A stretch of 62,934 bases of DNA, the filler included, from Sphacelaria rigidula (Eukaryota): assembly GCA_964200075.2 (NCBI GenBank). It is 4 parts of 4 records of this genome, joined end to end, with 100 filler letters (N's around TTAATTAATTAA, not from the genome) between each part and the next. Parts side by side here need not be neighbours in the genome. Positions count along the whole stretch, not along the records: positions 31,527 to 47,182 come from CAXNAA020001658.1; positions 47,283 to 62,934 come from CAXNAA020001659.1; 2 more parts are not named here. One strand, given 5' to 3'. The notes beneath the pieces were generated by a model. The model did not search any database. It saw only the letters and a list, made by a program, of their open reading frames with translations, and had not been told where the DNA came from. Below are positions 37,301 to 49,032 of this stretch, piece by piece (the stretch's first letter is position 1; every line of letters begins with the position of its first letter). The translations under genes were made by a program, and so were the position numbers.

Positions 37301-40300
37301 GACAGACCGATTCCACTCATTTGGAGAAGTGGTTCGACGCAGATATACAATGGGACGAACAGTAGTATCGTCTTTCTCCCGTTCTAAAGTGCAGCCAAAC
37401 CCAATTTCGGAAGAATCTGTGTAAAATCGCAGAGGGTGTGAACCATGTTTCGCCGCCGACCAGTCGGGGAAGACGAGAATCGGGGGGCGCGAAAGTATGT
37501 GAAGCAGACCGCGGACGATCTTTTCCGTTCCCGATGTAGACACGAATTTCACCCCTTTTTTGAGGGAGGTGGTGAGGGGTTTGAGCGTTTGGGCAAGGTT
37601 TGGCAAGTACTGTCTGTAGCAGCTTAGACCTCCCACCACGAAAGGCAGTTGAGAGATGTCCCGTGGCATGAGCACATCGGCAAGTGCGGCAAACTTGTTG
37701 AGGTTTGGGCTACGATCTTCGGGGGTGATGGAATGACCCAGAAACTCAATCTTCGTAGCGCCAACGCGGGATTTGGAGGGGGCGAGTTCCGAGTTGTGTT
37801 GTTCAAACCGACCAAAGAAATATGTCAATTCTTCGACGTGTTCGGTAGGTGTGCAATCGTGGCACACCACATCATCGAGGTACATATGGCATGTGGGCAG
37901 TCCATCAGTCACACGAAACATCGCATGTTAGAACGCCCCTGGGGCTCCGGCGACACCTTGTGGTGTAACCAGCCACTCGTACAAAGCTGATAGCGTGAAG
38001 AACTCCGTCAGTTCAATGAAATTCGGATCCATCACGAGCCAATGGTAGCCGGATTGCATATCAAAGTTCGAAAATAATTTACTTCCGCCGAAAGAGTCAA
38101 TAACTTCATCAATCCGTGGAAGAGGCAGACGGGCGATTTTGGTAATAGCGTTCAATCGTTGATAATTGACCGTCAGTCTCATTTTGCCATTTTTCTTGTG
38201 GACGACTACTAAAAGCGAGACCCACAGAAACGTCGAGTGCCAAATGAAAATGGCGGATGAGTAACCGTCGAAAATGACTTGGATCTTATCCGCCAAGAGG
38301 GGGTTTGTACGGTACGGATGAATAGGGATAGGTGGAATGCCATCTGGGATTTGATTTTGAACGGTGTCATGGTACATCGACCAAAATATGAGGGTGCAGT
38401 AGAAAACCGTTCAGAATATCTAATCAAGATGGATCTCAGCCTATCGATTACAGTGGGTGTCCAACCATCACCGGATAGATCAAAAACAATGTCCCGCAAA
38501 TGAGGAGGATGCCATTCCACAACCTTTGGCAACTGGCACGTTGTTCTATTGAACTCTGTCCAGTAATGCAGTCGGGGGTTCGGGTTCAGGCGCATCTGGT
38601 GGATTTGTCACCACTAAAGGATCAGGCATGTGTAGCGGAAGAGAGTTCGTTGTTGTCAGGGTGTCCGTTGGCAAGTTGGTTTCCGCAGGGGGGCACACAT
38701 CAGACAGGGCAGTTCGTAGTAAAGACGCCTGAGCATAACCCAACAACCGTCGATTGAGTATATCAAAACATGCAGGGGACGTGAGGTATATGGCCTGCTG
38801 ACTTTCATGAACGAATACTTCGGCATGTTCGAACGGACCAACCTGTGATTGGCCAAGTGGATTTCACGTGCACTTGCTACTTCAGGGTTGTCTACGTGAT
38901 CATCTGGAGGAGCCCGCCTAGGGTGACGCTTATAGCGCACGAAATGGTCGGCTGCTCCAGGGAGCTACTGAAATGTGTCCTCGGGCAGTTGATCCTAGGT
39001 CACGCTCTTGGCGCACCACTTGCTGGGTCGCTGTCACTTGGGGTTCCATTCCAACCCACTGAGCGACGGATAGCAAGGGTTCTTTGCGGTTGTGACTCTT
39101 CAAGGAATAAATACGCTCATTAAATAGAAAGGAACCGGGTACCGTAGTTTTTGCGGAACGAGGTACAGTGGTCAGCCGGGCACTCAAGCAGCGGGGGGGT
39201 GCTTGAGTGTATGGCTTCGAATTTGGTATCCCACGATCGATGAACGGTCGAAGGGGCAGCGTCTACCGCACCAGGAGGTATTTGGGCTCCGGATGCGTGA
39301 GAAACTGCACTACATGACTTCCAGTCCCACGAAGAGAAAGGATTCAATTGAATATGATTGGTACCTGGTGAATGTAAAACTGGGTGACCAATTCCAGGAG
39401 TCAGACACTGGGGTTGGTCACGGCTCAACTTATAGTCATGCAATGGTACACGGGCCTCGGCTGGCCTGGAACCAATCAGGCCAGTTTCAGCAAATCCACG
39501 GCAACCACACCACATGACTGAACCCGCGGCCGCCACCGCCGATTCATGCGTGTAGTGTGTGTGACCTGGCCGAGCGAAAGAAGAGTGTCGTGTGCTTCTG
39601 CGGTGAGTTACCGGCGATTGTTTGTTCCCGATTGTGGGATCGTGCCCACGAATGTGGAATGAACGTTCATTGGAAGTATAAAATCAACGGGCAGGTGGCG
39701 GCGCCCCGATTCTGGGTGTAGTCATTCGTCCTGTGTTACCCCAATGGCTGCTGCTCGGAAACGCCGGAGCTTGAGAAACGTTTCCAGAGAGTGATCAAGT
39801 TGTACGGTGAGAATCTGGGTTAGGTGGGTTGGAGTCTTTTTGGGCTGGGCGTTGTCTCTCACTTTTGGGGGGGGGGGCGTAGTGGGGGAGCTATTGGTCT
39901 TACGTACACTGTCAGCTGTCAAGAGAGGGGTAATGTCGGGTTCAGCACCTGATTGAGTGTTGAAGGTTTTGGAATGCATGAAGGTTCCTTCGGCATCAAG
40001 ACCCACGGGGGGGAAGCGGGGTCGGGAACAGATATCGAAAAGTCACCGCCTGCAGCGGCTGACTGGTGAAGAGTGTCACTCTTTTTAGTGGTCACACGGG
40101 GGCGGAAACCAGAGGGAGATTGATTCCCATATCTATGTCCACGGTTGCTTCTACGGAAGCATGACCGTGGTCAACGGAGACATCTAGACCCGTCTCCTGT
40201 ACGTTGCTATCGACACTATCGCTAGACCTGAGAACTGAGTCGACCCTAGATTCACCGCTGCCCGATGAGTTCGCACCATACCCGATTGCACCTTGGTCAG

Positions 40301-40600
40301 GTGTTTCCGGCGAGCGTTCGGCATTAGACATGATTTGTGTTCGTGAACAGGTACATGGGATAGGCAGCGTTGAAATCAAGAGGTTGATCAGGAATCTGGG
40401 CATCGTATATGTGTACGGAAATGAGGTCGGAAAAATATGGCCATGTTGTGCGTTCACCGATATCGAAGGAATATCAAGGCCCGTCTGTGGTTGCGAACCC
40501 CTCACGTCGGTTTTGTTCGTATCGGGCGTGTGTACAGACAGAAGTTCATCGTACTGACCCATATATGACATCGATTCAACATCGGTGTACATGTCGGGGG
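34345..40600 (-). mobile_element. Decayed Ty3/Gypsy LTR retrotransposon with chromodomain (LTR boundaries not resolved)
   Basis: Frameshifted pol in Gypsy order. RT: MRLTVNYQRLN, PLPRIDE, FSNFDMQSGY, PQG, YLDD (~38380-37630). RNase H: YTDSSEIGFG, EQEAGAVVW (~37430-37130). Integrase: CQARK-like, VSWDYFGPLP, ADRFT, LSDND, ERVN (~36030-34800). Chromodomain-like: VDRISSYQL..THWKG..TW (~34470-34345). Gag/protease region upstream is poorly conserved. Confidence 0.9.
35359..35587 (+). mobile_element. Short retroposon insertion with (AC)n tail interrupting the Gypsy integrase
   Basis: Splits integrase WGVPKG / LSDNDSHF; flanked by direct repeat ACAGC (35354-35358, 35588-35592); homolog at 16232-16346. 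Confidence 0.7.
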
Positions 40601-41461
40601 CAGTTGGATGTAACGTTCCGTGTTTGGGTAGGGGAAATCATTATCTGTACAACGGGCTGAGATCGAAATAGCGCGCATACGCCCTGCCTGTAAGTTTAGA
40701 TCAGCGTGTGTGATACACATGTCGGTCGGTTTGGTGGATACAGGACCGAAGAGTCGTGAGCGGGAACACTAGGGCAGAAGAAACATTGAAGAAGCGACGT
40801 GCCCGGAAGGGTCGTATTGAATTGAGGAAAATGTGGGCGGCTGTCTGTAGAGACGCGGTTGTGGATGAAACAGAGAAAACCAGTTCGGCACGAGTGTGCA
40901 TCAAAACATTATTCGTTCTTTGTGCTGTGTGTAACGGTACACCAGAGAGCGAATTCACCACGGTAGGTTGGTGTGCATCGTGGTTATGGCCTGCGGATGG
41001 GCCGAGATTGGATTGTGTAACAAGAGGGAGCGCGCGTATGCGCGCGCGCCGCAAGCGTCGTATGGTTCGTTCGTCATTGCCTGAGACGGGTACGGGTACC
41101 GTATGCGACATTGTAAACCTGCAGTTATACCAGGGTCGAAATGTCGGTCAAACTTCAAGTGGAAAGGAAGACAGCTGCCATCAAAGAAGCCTGCTGATCA
41201 CTCGAGTGTGCAATGTGAGACACACCGACGAAACGTAACCACAAATTTCGGGTGAAAAACAAAACGAATCGAAAAGTACACAGGCTTGGAACAAATGTAG
41301 GCTGGTGTGAAACAGCGTTGCATTGTGTGTACGAGAGAGAAAACACGACAGCTTGAGCATCACGAACCACTTTGAACCCCCGATAGTGGTGAGAGACGTC
41401 TCACAAGGTTCATCCCAGCTGAAGCCCCAACTGGGGTAGTATAAGTAAGCCGCAACCCCAA

Positions 41462-41521
41462 GGATGTACTCATGATCATGCATGCCATAGTCATAAGACC
41501 ATTGACCTCGCATCCCTACAA
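41462..41521 (+). repeat. SINE tail module, family B, without the SINE body
   Basis: GGATGTACTCATGATCATGCATGCCATAGTCATAAGACCATTGACCTCGCATCCCTACAA. Confidence 0.85.
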
Positions 41522-42627
41522 AGCCAGGACGGAGCACGCCGGGTTTTCGCTGGAACAGGCTTCGCAACCCCAAGGGAGGGACGATAGCAAGTTTGTCCTC
41601 AATCCAGTTCGTGATACACGCTCCAGGCGATCCTTCTCAGGTGCACACCGCAGCAACAGCTGCTTGGGATCACTGACCAGGCCTTTTGCAACTACAATCC
41701 AAGGATAAAGATGTACAAAAAAGGTTGTATCATACGCATCCTAACGACTCGCGTTGGCCAGGCTATGAACTCGAAGGCCTAGTAGAAGGAAAATGTCAGC
41801 GGTGTTGTTGGTGACTTGATGATTCTCTTGATCATCGTTCTACTGTAGCCTCATGTCCAACAGGAGGGAAGCTGCTGTAGTCGATGGAACGAGTGTCTGG
41901 CGGGAGCGATTGAGCTTTGGTGAAACCTTATTCCTACCACGCGTACAACACTGCCATATTACAACGTCAGCTTGACGCGTCGTGCTTTTGGATAATCAAA
42001 GCTTCAGCAGCAACGTGCTCGTATGGCTAATCATGTACAGACCAGTCTCCTGTCTACCAATTCATCGAAATGTACCTACGTCGGCGACGCCGCTTAAGCA
42101 TACATTCGACTAGAATTATTTTTTCTTACCCGCCGGTCGTCTCTGGGAACGATCGTCACATCCAGAGGATAAGTTCAACTCACGCACACGGTCACTCACC
42201 ATCACCAAAACTCGGGATTGCAAGCCTCAGGATTGGGTATCAAAGAAAACCCTCCACCCGGAAATAAAACTATATCGATCAGCGCTCGGAGCATATAGTA
42301 CAGAATATGCCGCCGCCAAAGACAAACTCACGGAACTCGAGAAAAAAACACAATAGGACCAACGTCAACCTACGCGCTTCGCAGCCACAAAACATTCAAT
42401 TTATCACGATGCACACGGGACAAAACAATCTAGGTATTTCTACATACAGTAGGCTACTAAGTGTCCGAAGCACGCGAAGACGACCACGACGAAAAGAAAC
42501 AAACTTGGCATATCTAGAACAGCTGATGCTCGACTTCTCCTGCGATACCAAGCCCCGAGCCACGTTTACAGAAGACAATTAGGAGTAACAATCACAATTA
42601 CCATAGATGCACGAGTTTGTTTTGCTC

Positions 42628-45600
42628 TCATAATTCCAGCGGGTGTCCCACAATCAGGTAGTTGATGGTAACCTCGTCCACAAAGTCGAAGTCGTAGCTG
42701 AAGAAGTCTGCGCCATCTACTTCCGAAAACCATATCGAAGTCCCAACAACCTCAGTGATCCCAGCGAAGCACTCGAAGCTTTCAGCTTCGAAGCTCAACA
42801 CCCCCCTGACGGACAAATTCAAGCAAGTACAATGAGACGAAACAGTTGAGTGTGTGTAATTGCGGGTATGGACGTGTACATGAATGTGTGTCGCCAGTAC
42901 ATGTATCTCCTGTATAACAGGGTGCACCAAGTGTTTGTAACAAAACGATACCGCACTTTCCGGTTTGGGGCGCGGCGCTGCACGCTGGCTGAGTATCTTC
43001 ACACCACGTCCCAGCCCTCAGTCCCACGCCCAAGGTTTCTGGGCAGCATGCCCAACCTTCTGCTTTTTACACATCGAACTATGCTCAACTACGGTGCCGA
43101 AAAGGAGAGCCCGTGCCCTCGGAATATAAGAACGTGAGTACCGAAACGTTCACTTCGCAAGAGTTGGCGCGGTGCGGGATAGACGATCAAAGCTGCGATC
43201 CAAAAATGTACGGCGTGCATCGAAGTAGAGACGAGTTGATCCCTTGTGCATCAACGCGCTGGACCCGAGAAGCGACACAAAGAAACTGTCAACCTGTATT
43301 TTACATGATTGGCGTGTCTGTTGTGTGTTGTGAGTGATGAGGATGCGATGCTGAAAAAAGGAGCCAAACATGATTCCAAGTAGAAGCGAATGATCTCGAA
43401 AGCCCGTGAGCTCAACGATCAGGCAAGGGTTGACGACCGAGTTCGGGATTCAGGGGGGGAAATCGTAGCGCACTCACGTGTTCTCCCCGACTGTCCAGCC
43501 ATCGACAGGTGTAGACATTGTCGCCGTGCAAGTGACTTCTTCCCCCTCGATTTCAAACGCAGTGGGCACTGTGTCTGCGCGCGTGAGCGTAATTCCATAC
43601 CTGCACAATAGCAGTAAACGTCCGCCGTAACAAGCGAGGTAAGGAAAAAAGAAGGCGATTTGTTCTGAGAAGGATACGAGGTGAGTAATAAAACAGGGTG
43701 TGACATGCTGGTTCTGGATCCGAGAAGCGCTTACCCCAAACACCACGTTCATCAAGGGAAATGTGGCGATAGGCAGAACCATAGGTTGCTAGACGAATTG
43801 TATCAATTATTCCACGCCGGTCAAACTCCCATAGTCTTGTTTATCTAGGGTACAATATCAACCAGGGGCAGAAGCTGCGACTAAAAGCCTTGCCAACGCA
43901 AGCTCACACACGAACTGACAGCTGGTGCAAGTACCCGAAAGGGCGATGGTTGAGCACATAGTTTGACAGGATACTCGCCGGTAATTCGACACCTCTTCAC
44001 TCACCACACCGAAACATCAGACGAGGCGCTCATTCTGGAAAAATCTGTGTCGACCAGATCATCGGCCGTAAACGTCGCTCCAGTCACCATGGTATCGTAT
44101 CCGTCGTCGAGCTGGCGGCCGCAAAAATGACAATGAAACAAACGGACAGCAAGACGACGACATATGTTTTGCGGCGATCAGAAGCACTACACTCCCAAGA
44201 AAGGAGACCTGTCGCATTCAAAACTGTCCAAGCCCCATCCCATCCAACATTCATCAGACCCCAAACACGCCCATCGAGCAACGTTTTCCGACAGAAAATA
44301 CGGGTACGTGATCGATGATGGTCTGATCATTGGGCATCCACCAGTTGATTCTGCACGAAATCAGCACGAGAATTCGTGACCGTCTGGCTATTCACCAGTC
44401 AATGAATGTTCTCTTCGTCGGCAACATTATCAGCTGCGGCATCACTGTTTCTCTCTGTGCTTTGTTTTAGTTGTCTTTTTCATCATTTTTTACCGTCACG
44501 TCTTAGCCTACTATGTCATTTTGTTCGACTGTTTTTCTTTTTGTTCATTCTTTCTTCTCAGCGAGTGCTTCAATTTTGTTTTGTCTTGGGTACGTCTATC
44601 ATTAGGCCACGACTGGACCCCTGGGGGGTCAGTGAAAGTGCGACAATTAATCAATCATTCAATCAAAACCACGCGTCGGATTCCAAGCGCCGTTGACATC
44701 CCATCTCAGTACCTGGAAGTCACGGTCGCTGATGTAGGCAACATCGGCTGTCGCCTCGCGCAGCAGGATGGACGGAGCCATGGCGACGTACCGCACCTGC
44801 AGCATTGATATTGTGGCGATTAGCACACAGGGCAATGCATATCATCTACAAAAAAGGTCGAGTGCTCTTACGCGCGAGGCCGTGAGATGTCGATCAGCTC
44901 TTTCAGTGAGTATGCCAATACGTTATGCGGGGAAGTCAACTCGATCTTTCGGTGGAATTAGTGAGATGAAGAAATGTGGTGGATAGCGCGGGCTCCAAAA
45001 TATACGAAACGACCCATTTTGCCTCGCATAGTTGGCTCACCATAGATTCGATGCAGAAGTAGTCGCCGAATACCGCCCCCACTTCGGGGGAATCGTGCTC
45101 GGAGGACGCTCTGCGCAGGATAGATTGCCACCCATCATCAGCATCTGGCTCGTAGTACGTCGGTTGCAGAGCGGATGTCAAGTACAATACCGCCAATTCC
45201 AGGTGTGCCGGGTCCCCTGTTGTTTTTGGCAGGATACAGTGCGGTACGCCACATGGAGCGATCGGTAGCGAGTTGAGAGAAGAGGTTGAGGGTGACAAAA
45301 AGGGAGTACGGTGTACATTTCCGATATTATTTGCAACTTCAGACGGAAAGGTACATAACAGACAGGAAATAAAAGCACGCCGTGATTGCTCGACTCTTTT
45401 CCGGTGACTCAAGCGAAGATATAAGTGTATTATTCAGCCCATATTTCGACTGTTAATTCTTCCAATTCCTACACCTCCCTACAGACGTGTGTGCGCAGAT
45501 GACAATGGTTTGCAGGTGGTGTTTCACACGTAGGCATGGTGTATATTCCCGATATCATATGCAACTGCAGACGGAGAAGTGCACAGTATAAACACAGTGG

Positions 45601-46661
45601 TTTGCAAATGGCATTCCACACTCTGGTACGATGTGCAATGGCTCGGTGCCGAATGTCAAACAGACACCGAAGACACCCTTTGCAACCAATAGTACAGTAC
45701 TCGCGGTGAAAGAACGATGACCAGCCTCCGTGTGTATAACACAAGGACTATAGGTATAGTATTGTCACGTCAGCTGTAAAAACAGAAACGGGAAAGGAAA
45801 AATACAGAAGTTGAAAGCCCACGGCCCTTTTGATGTAACGGGTTATTCAAGATAAAATGACAGAAATCTCACCGGTCATCTGGAACATCTCGAAGAGCGC
45901 GGACGCCACAATGACAGTGGAGGATGAGTCCTCGGGGTTGGACGCGTTTCTTTCGGCCTCAAAATCAGCCGGGGGAATTTTGTCCTCGTCGTTGTTATCA
46001 TCGAAATACCTGTAGAGGCGTGCAAAATAAATTACGATAGACGATGACAGAGAGACAGACCAAGGAGAAAAATATTAAATGAAATTACTGATAGTCAGCC
46101 GCGCACATGAGAGTAAGTCCATCCCAAGATTTCCAGATCCGGATTCGGGTCACGTGTTTAGGCTATCACTACGCAAGCCCCTTCAGACCGCTTCTTCTGA
46201 GCTTCGAACCTGTATTTCCCTCAAATGTCGCCTCCCGTCTCTCGCTCATAGGGTCTTTACTACCGTAGTCCACGAGCCCGCCTTCATGGAACACGCGGCT
46301 CATGATTTGGTTCATGTCCGACCACTTTTGAGTCGGATCATCCGTTATGCATCGATCATAGGTGGATCGACCACAGTAGCGGCCCGCTCAGGAAAAGGTT
46401 GATCATGGCCAACTGTACTGGACTCCCCGCCTCCCCACAACCTCGTTTCTTACGGGGGAACCGCAACAGTAGCGGGATCCAGTATTTGCCCGTAACATGG
46501 AACATCCTACTCTTATACAGTGTGGACTCACTGTAGCAATCCTTTGGCGTAGTCCAAGTATGGGCCATCGGGTATGAAACGGTGCATCATTACGTTGCCG
46601 TACACAGCCCACGCCTGACCTCTGCTCCAAGTGCTCTCGTCGAACGCTCCCTGGTATGTCC
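42628..46661 (-). CDS. Glycoside hydrolase family 88 (unsaturated glucuronyl hydrolase-like), 3' seven exons, with a C-terminal extension; 5' part not found on this contig
   Basis: Exons 46661-46532, 46009-45873, 45216-45041, 44796-44713, 44111-44005, 43600-43478 and 42805-42628; all GT..AG, phase-consistent and stop-free. GH88 motifs TYQGAFDESTWSRGQAWAVYG, IPPADF..EDSSSTVIVASALFEM and SILRRAS..VGAVFGDYFCIESMVRY. Confidence 0.85.
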
Positions 46662-47079
46662 CTGCGTTTTTTGTGTGTGTTTGGTTCAATGTAGGCGTGA
46701 ATGTCCAGGGCAAGAGGGAAAGACGGGGGACGGGCGGGATGGCGCGGGGATCAACACAAACCACGCGAGCTCGCAGAATACAGCGGGTCATTTGGACAAT
46801 GGGCCGCCCACCGTATGTCTTGGGGTAGTCTTCGGCAAGTCATTCGCAGAATCTAGGGGTTCAGCTAGTCTAGATCAAGTCGGATAGGCCGTTACCGGGT
46901 GAGTTTGTATGCCCCAAGACATGTAGTGACCATGTCTTGGTATAGGGCGATGATTTTCTGGCTTGAGGTCATGGGAGGATAACGTTTCCGAAGTCATAAC
47001 ACCTTCAGTCGACAGAGAGGTCGGTCCTCCACAATAATCCAGTAGGTTGATTTCCGAAACGTAGCACAAAACGTTTACA

Positions 47080-47157
47080 GGGGGGGGGGGGGTACTCATT
47101 TGTTGCTTGCCTTAGTCGTTTGACCATTGACCCCCCCCCCCTTTCGAGACGGAGCAC
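47080..47157 (+). repeat. Dispersed module family A at contig end
   Basis: G-run then TACTCATTTGTTGCTTGCCTTAGTCGTTTGACCATTGACC...CTTTCGAGACGGAGCAC. Confidence 0.88.
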
Positions 47158-47182
47158 GGAAGGAAGGGGGGGGGGGGAAGGG

Positions 47183-47282
47183 NNNNNNNNNNNNNNNNNN
47201 NNNNNNNNNNNNNNNNNNNNNNNNNNTTAATTAATTAANNNNNNNNNNNNNNNNNNNNNNNNNNNNNNNNNNNNNNNNNNNN
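47183..47282. other. Artificial 100-nt contig spacer
   Basis: N44-TTAATTAATTAA-N44. Confidence 0.97.
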
Positions 47283-47362
47283 TGTTGTTGTTGTTGTTGT
47301 TGTTTTTGTTGTTGTTGTTGTTGTTGTTGTTATTATTGTTGTTGTTGTTGTTGTTGTTGTTG
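47283..47362. repeat. (TTG)n microsatellite
   Basis: About 26 TTG units at contig start. Confidence 0.95.
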
Positions 47363-49032
47363 TCTTCACGTTAGAAACCGTTCCGATATCTGCGCGGTAC
47401 ATCCGTATTGGGAATCTGATGCGGACGCCTTCCGTGGTCACAGGCTAGCAAAAAACCAAAACACCAAAATAGACCCAGATTAAAGATCGATTTACGTGAA
47501 GATTTCCCCCCCCCCAAAACCATGCACTTTTTTTGGGGGGGGCTATCGTTGAAAGTGTCTTGACTCGTTATAATTTGTATGCGGCTATTTTGCTTGCCGA
47601 GTTTATTTTTTCCTGTAGCGGTTTCGTGATTGGTGTGCTGTTCGTCTTGATACATGGGAATCAATATCCTTTTATTTCTGAAACGGAGGCGCGTCATCAA
47701 CTGTGTAAACCGCTCGTGGGCTCGTACACTATTCTTTGGTTGCGGCTGTTGTCACTATATGTCACCGAATAATGAATAATGTTGAACCAGGTGCCAAATA
47801 TTAGGCTTCACATTTTTCGCCCGGTTTCCTGTTGCGGTACACGAGACTTACGCCAGGTGGAATTACAGCAACACATGCGGCGGGCCTTCCTCCGCTTGAC
47901 GGAGGAAAGAGAAGGAAGACTGCCCACGTAATGCTCAGAAAATGTGGCATTGAAGTGCTTTCATCGGCGTATTCATCATCTGAAGACGTTTTCCTGAAAA
48001 CTCGAAACCGTGACAATCCCGTCAAGCCTCAGCACGGGAGTAATCTATCTCGGTCATTCATACTTTTGGATTGCTGCTGATTCAACAGCAGAACTTTCCT
48101 CGCCGGCCAACGGTACGAAGTCATTCGAAACGACATTGATTTCTGATACGGCAACATTTTCACAGGAATCACATCTGCTTCTATCCATCTCACGACAGGC
48201 CCATGATAGTCAAACATGAACATCATGAACGACAGGATTTTTCATTATCCTACCCAGGCATTTCACACCTGACCCATCTTTCGAATGAAATCTCTACTCT
48301 CAATCCGATCCACTACTCTCAATCTCACGAGAACACTGTTTAATGCTGGCATCAGAGAAGCAAATGTGACGGAGTACCGGACACACCCTTGGTCCTCGTG
48401 TCTCCATCCTGGTACTTCTTGTGAACTGCGAATACCCGCTACCCCATCATATTGGACAAGTTGCGGTACGAATACAAGGTGCACCAGCAATGTCAAGAAA
48501 TCATCGGGGGACCGACTGCTACAGTACACCTATTTTTGGCCTATTCGTGCAACATGTGGCCATCGACTAATGCCGAAATAGCCCCCCCACAAAAAGTGAA
48601 CGATAGACCGTCCAACAAGCCGGGTGCGATCCCACTATTGGGCTCATTTGCAGCAATGCCGCCCACATAAAAGGCTTGTAGCAGTCCGAAATCAGCTATA
48701 CCGCCCAAAGAGGTCGCGTCGTGGAACACGAAATCAGCTCTAACGGCATTTATGATCATCGCCTCCGAGCACATTTTGGGCCGGTTTGGTGGGGGGGGCA
48801 TCTCGGCAGCAGTCCATCGTACCTGTAATACCCACGTCCCGAGGAGAACCTGGTGCAACTCAAACTTGGGATAGGAGGTCCTCACGAACTCACCACCACC
48901 TCTGCATCGACAAAACAGACTACCCGATCCCAGTCGCTCCTCGTTTAAAAGTGTCAATGGTTCACCTTAGCACACGCCCGTATACTCTGCGTCGAATGTA
49001 AACGCCACGTTCATTGTGGCTAGCATCATTCA

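Noticed and set aside
41462-41521. Hammerhead ribozyme in the tail modules
   Set aside because: No CUGAUGA/GAAA core on either strand.
48420-48890. Possible 5' exons of the GH88 gene (DVG, VYCS, GIRSS-like peptides)
   Set aside because: They lie on a different contig beyond an artificial spacer, need frameshifts and match only weakly; most likely chance.
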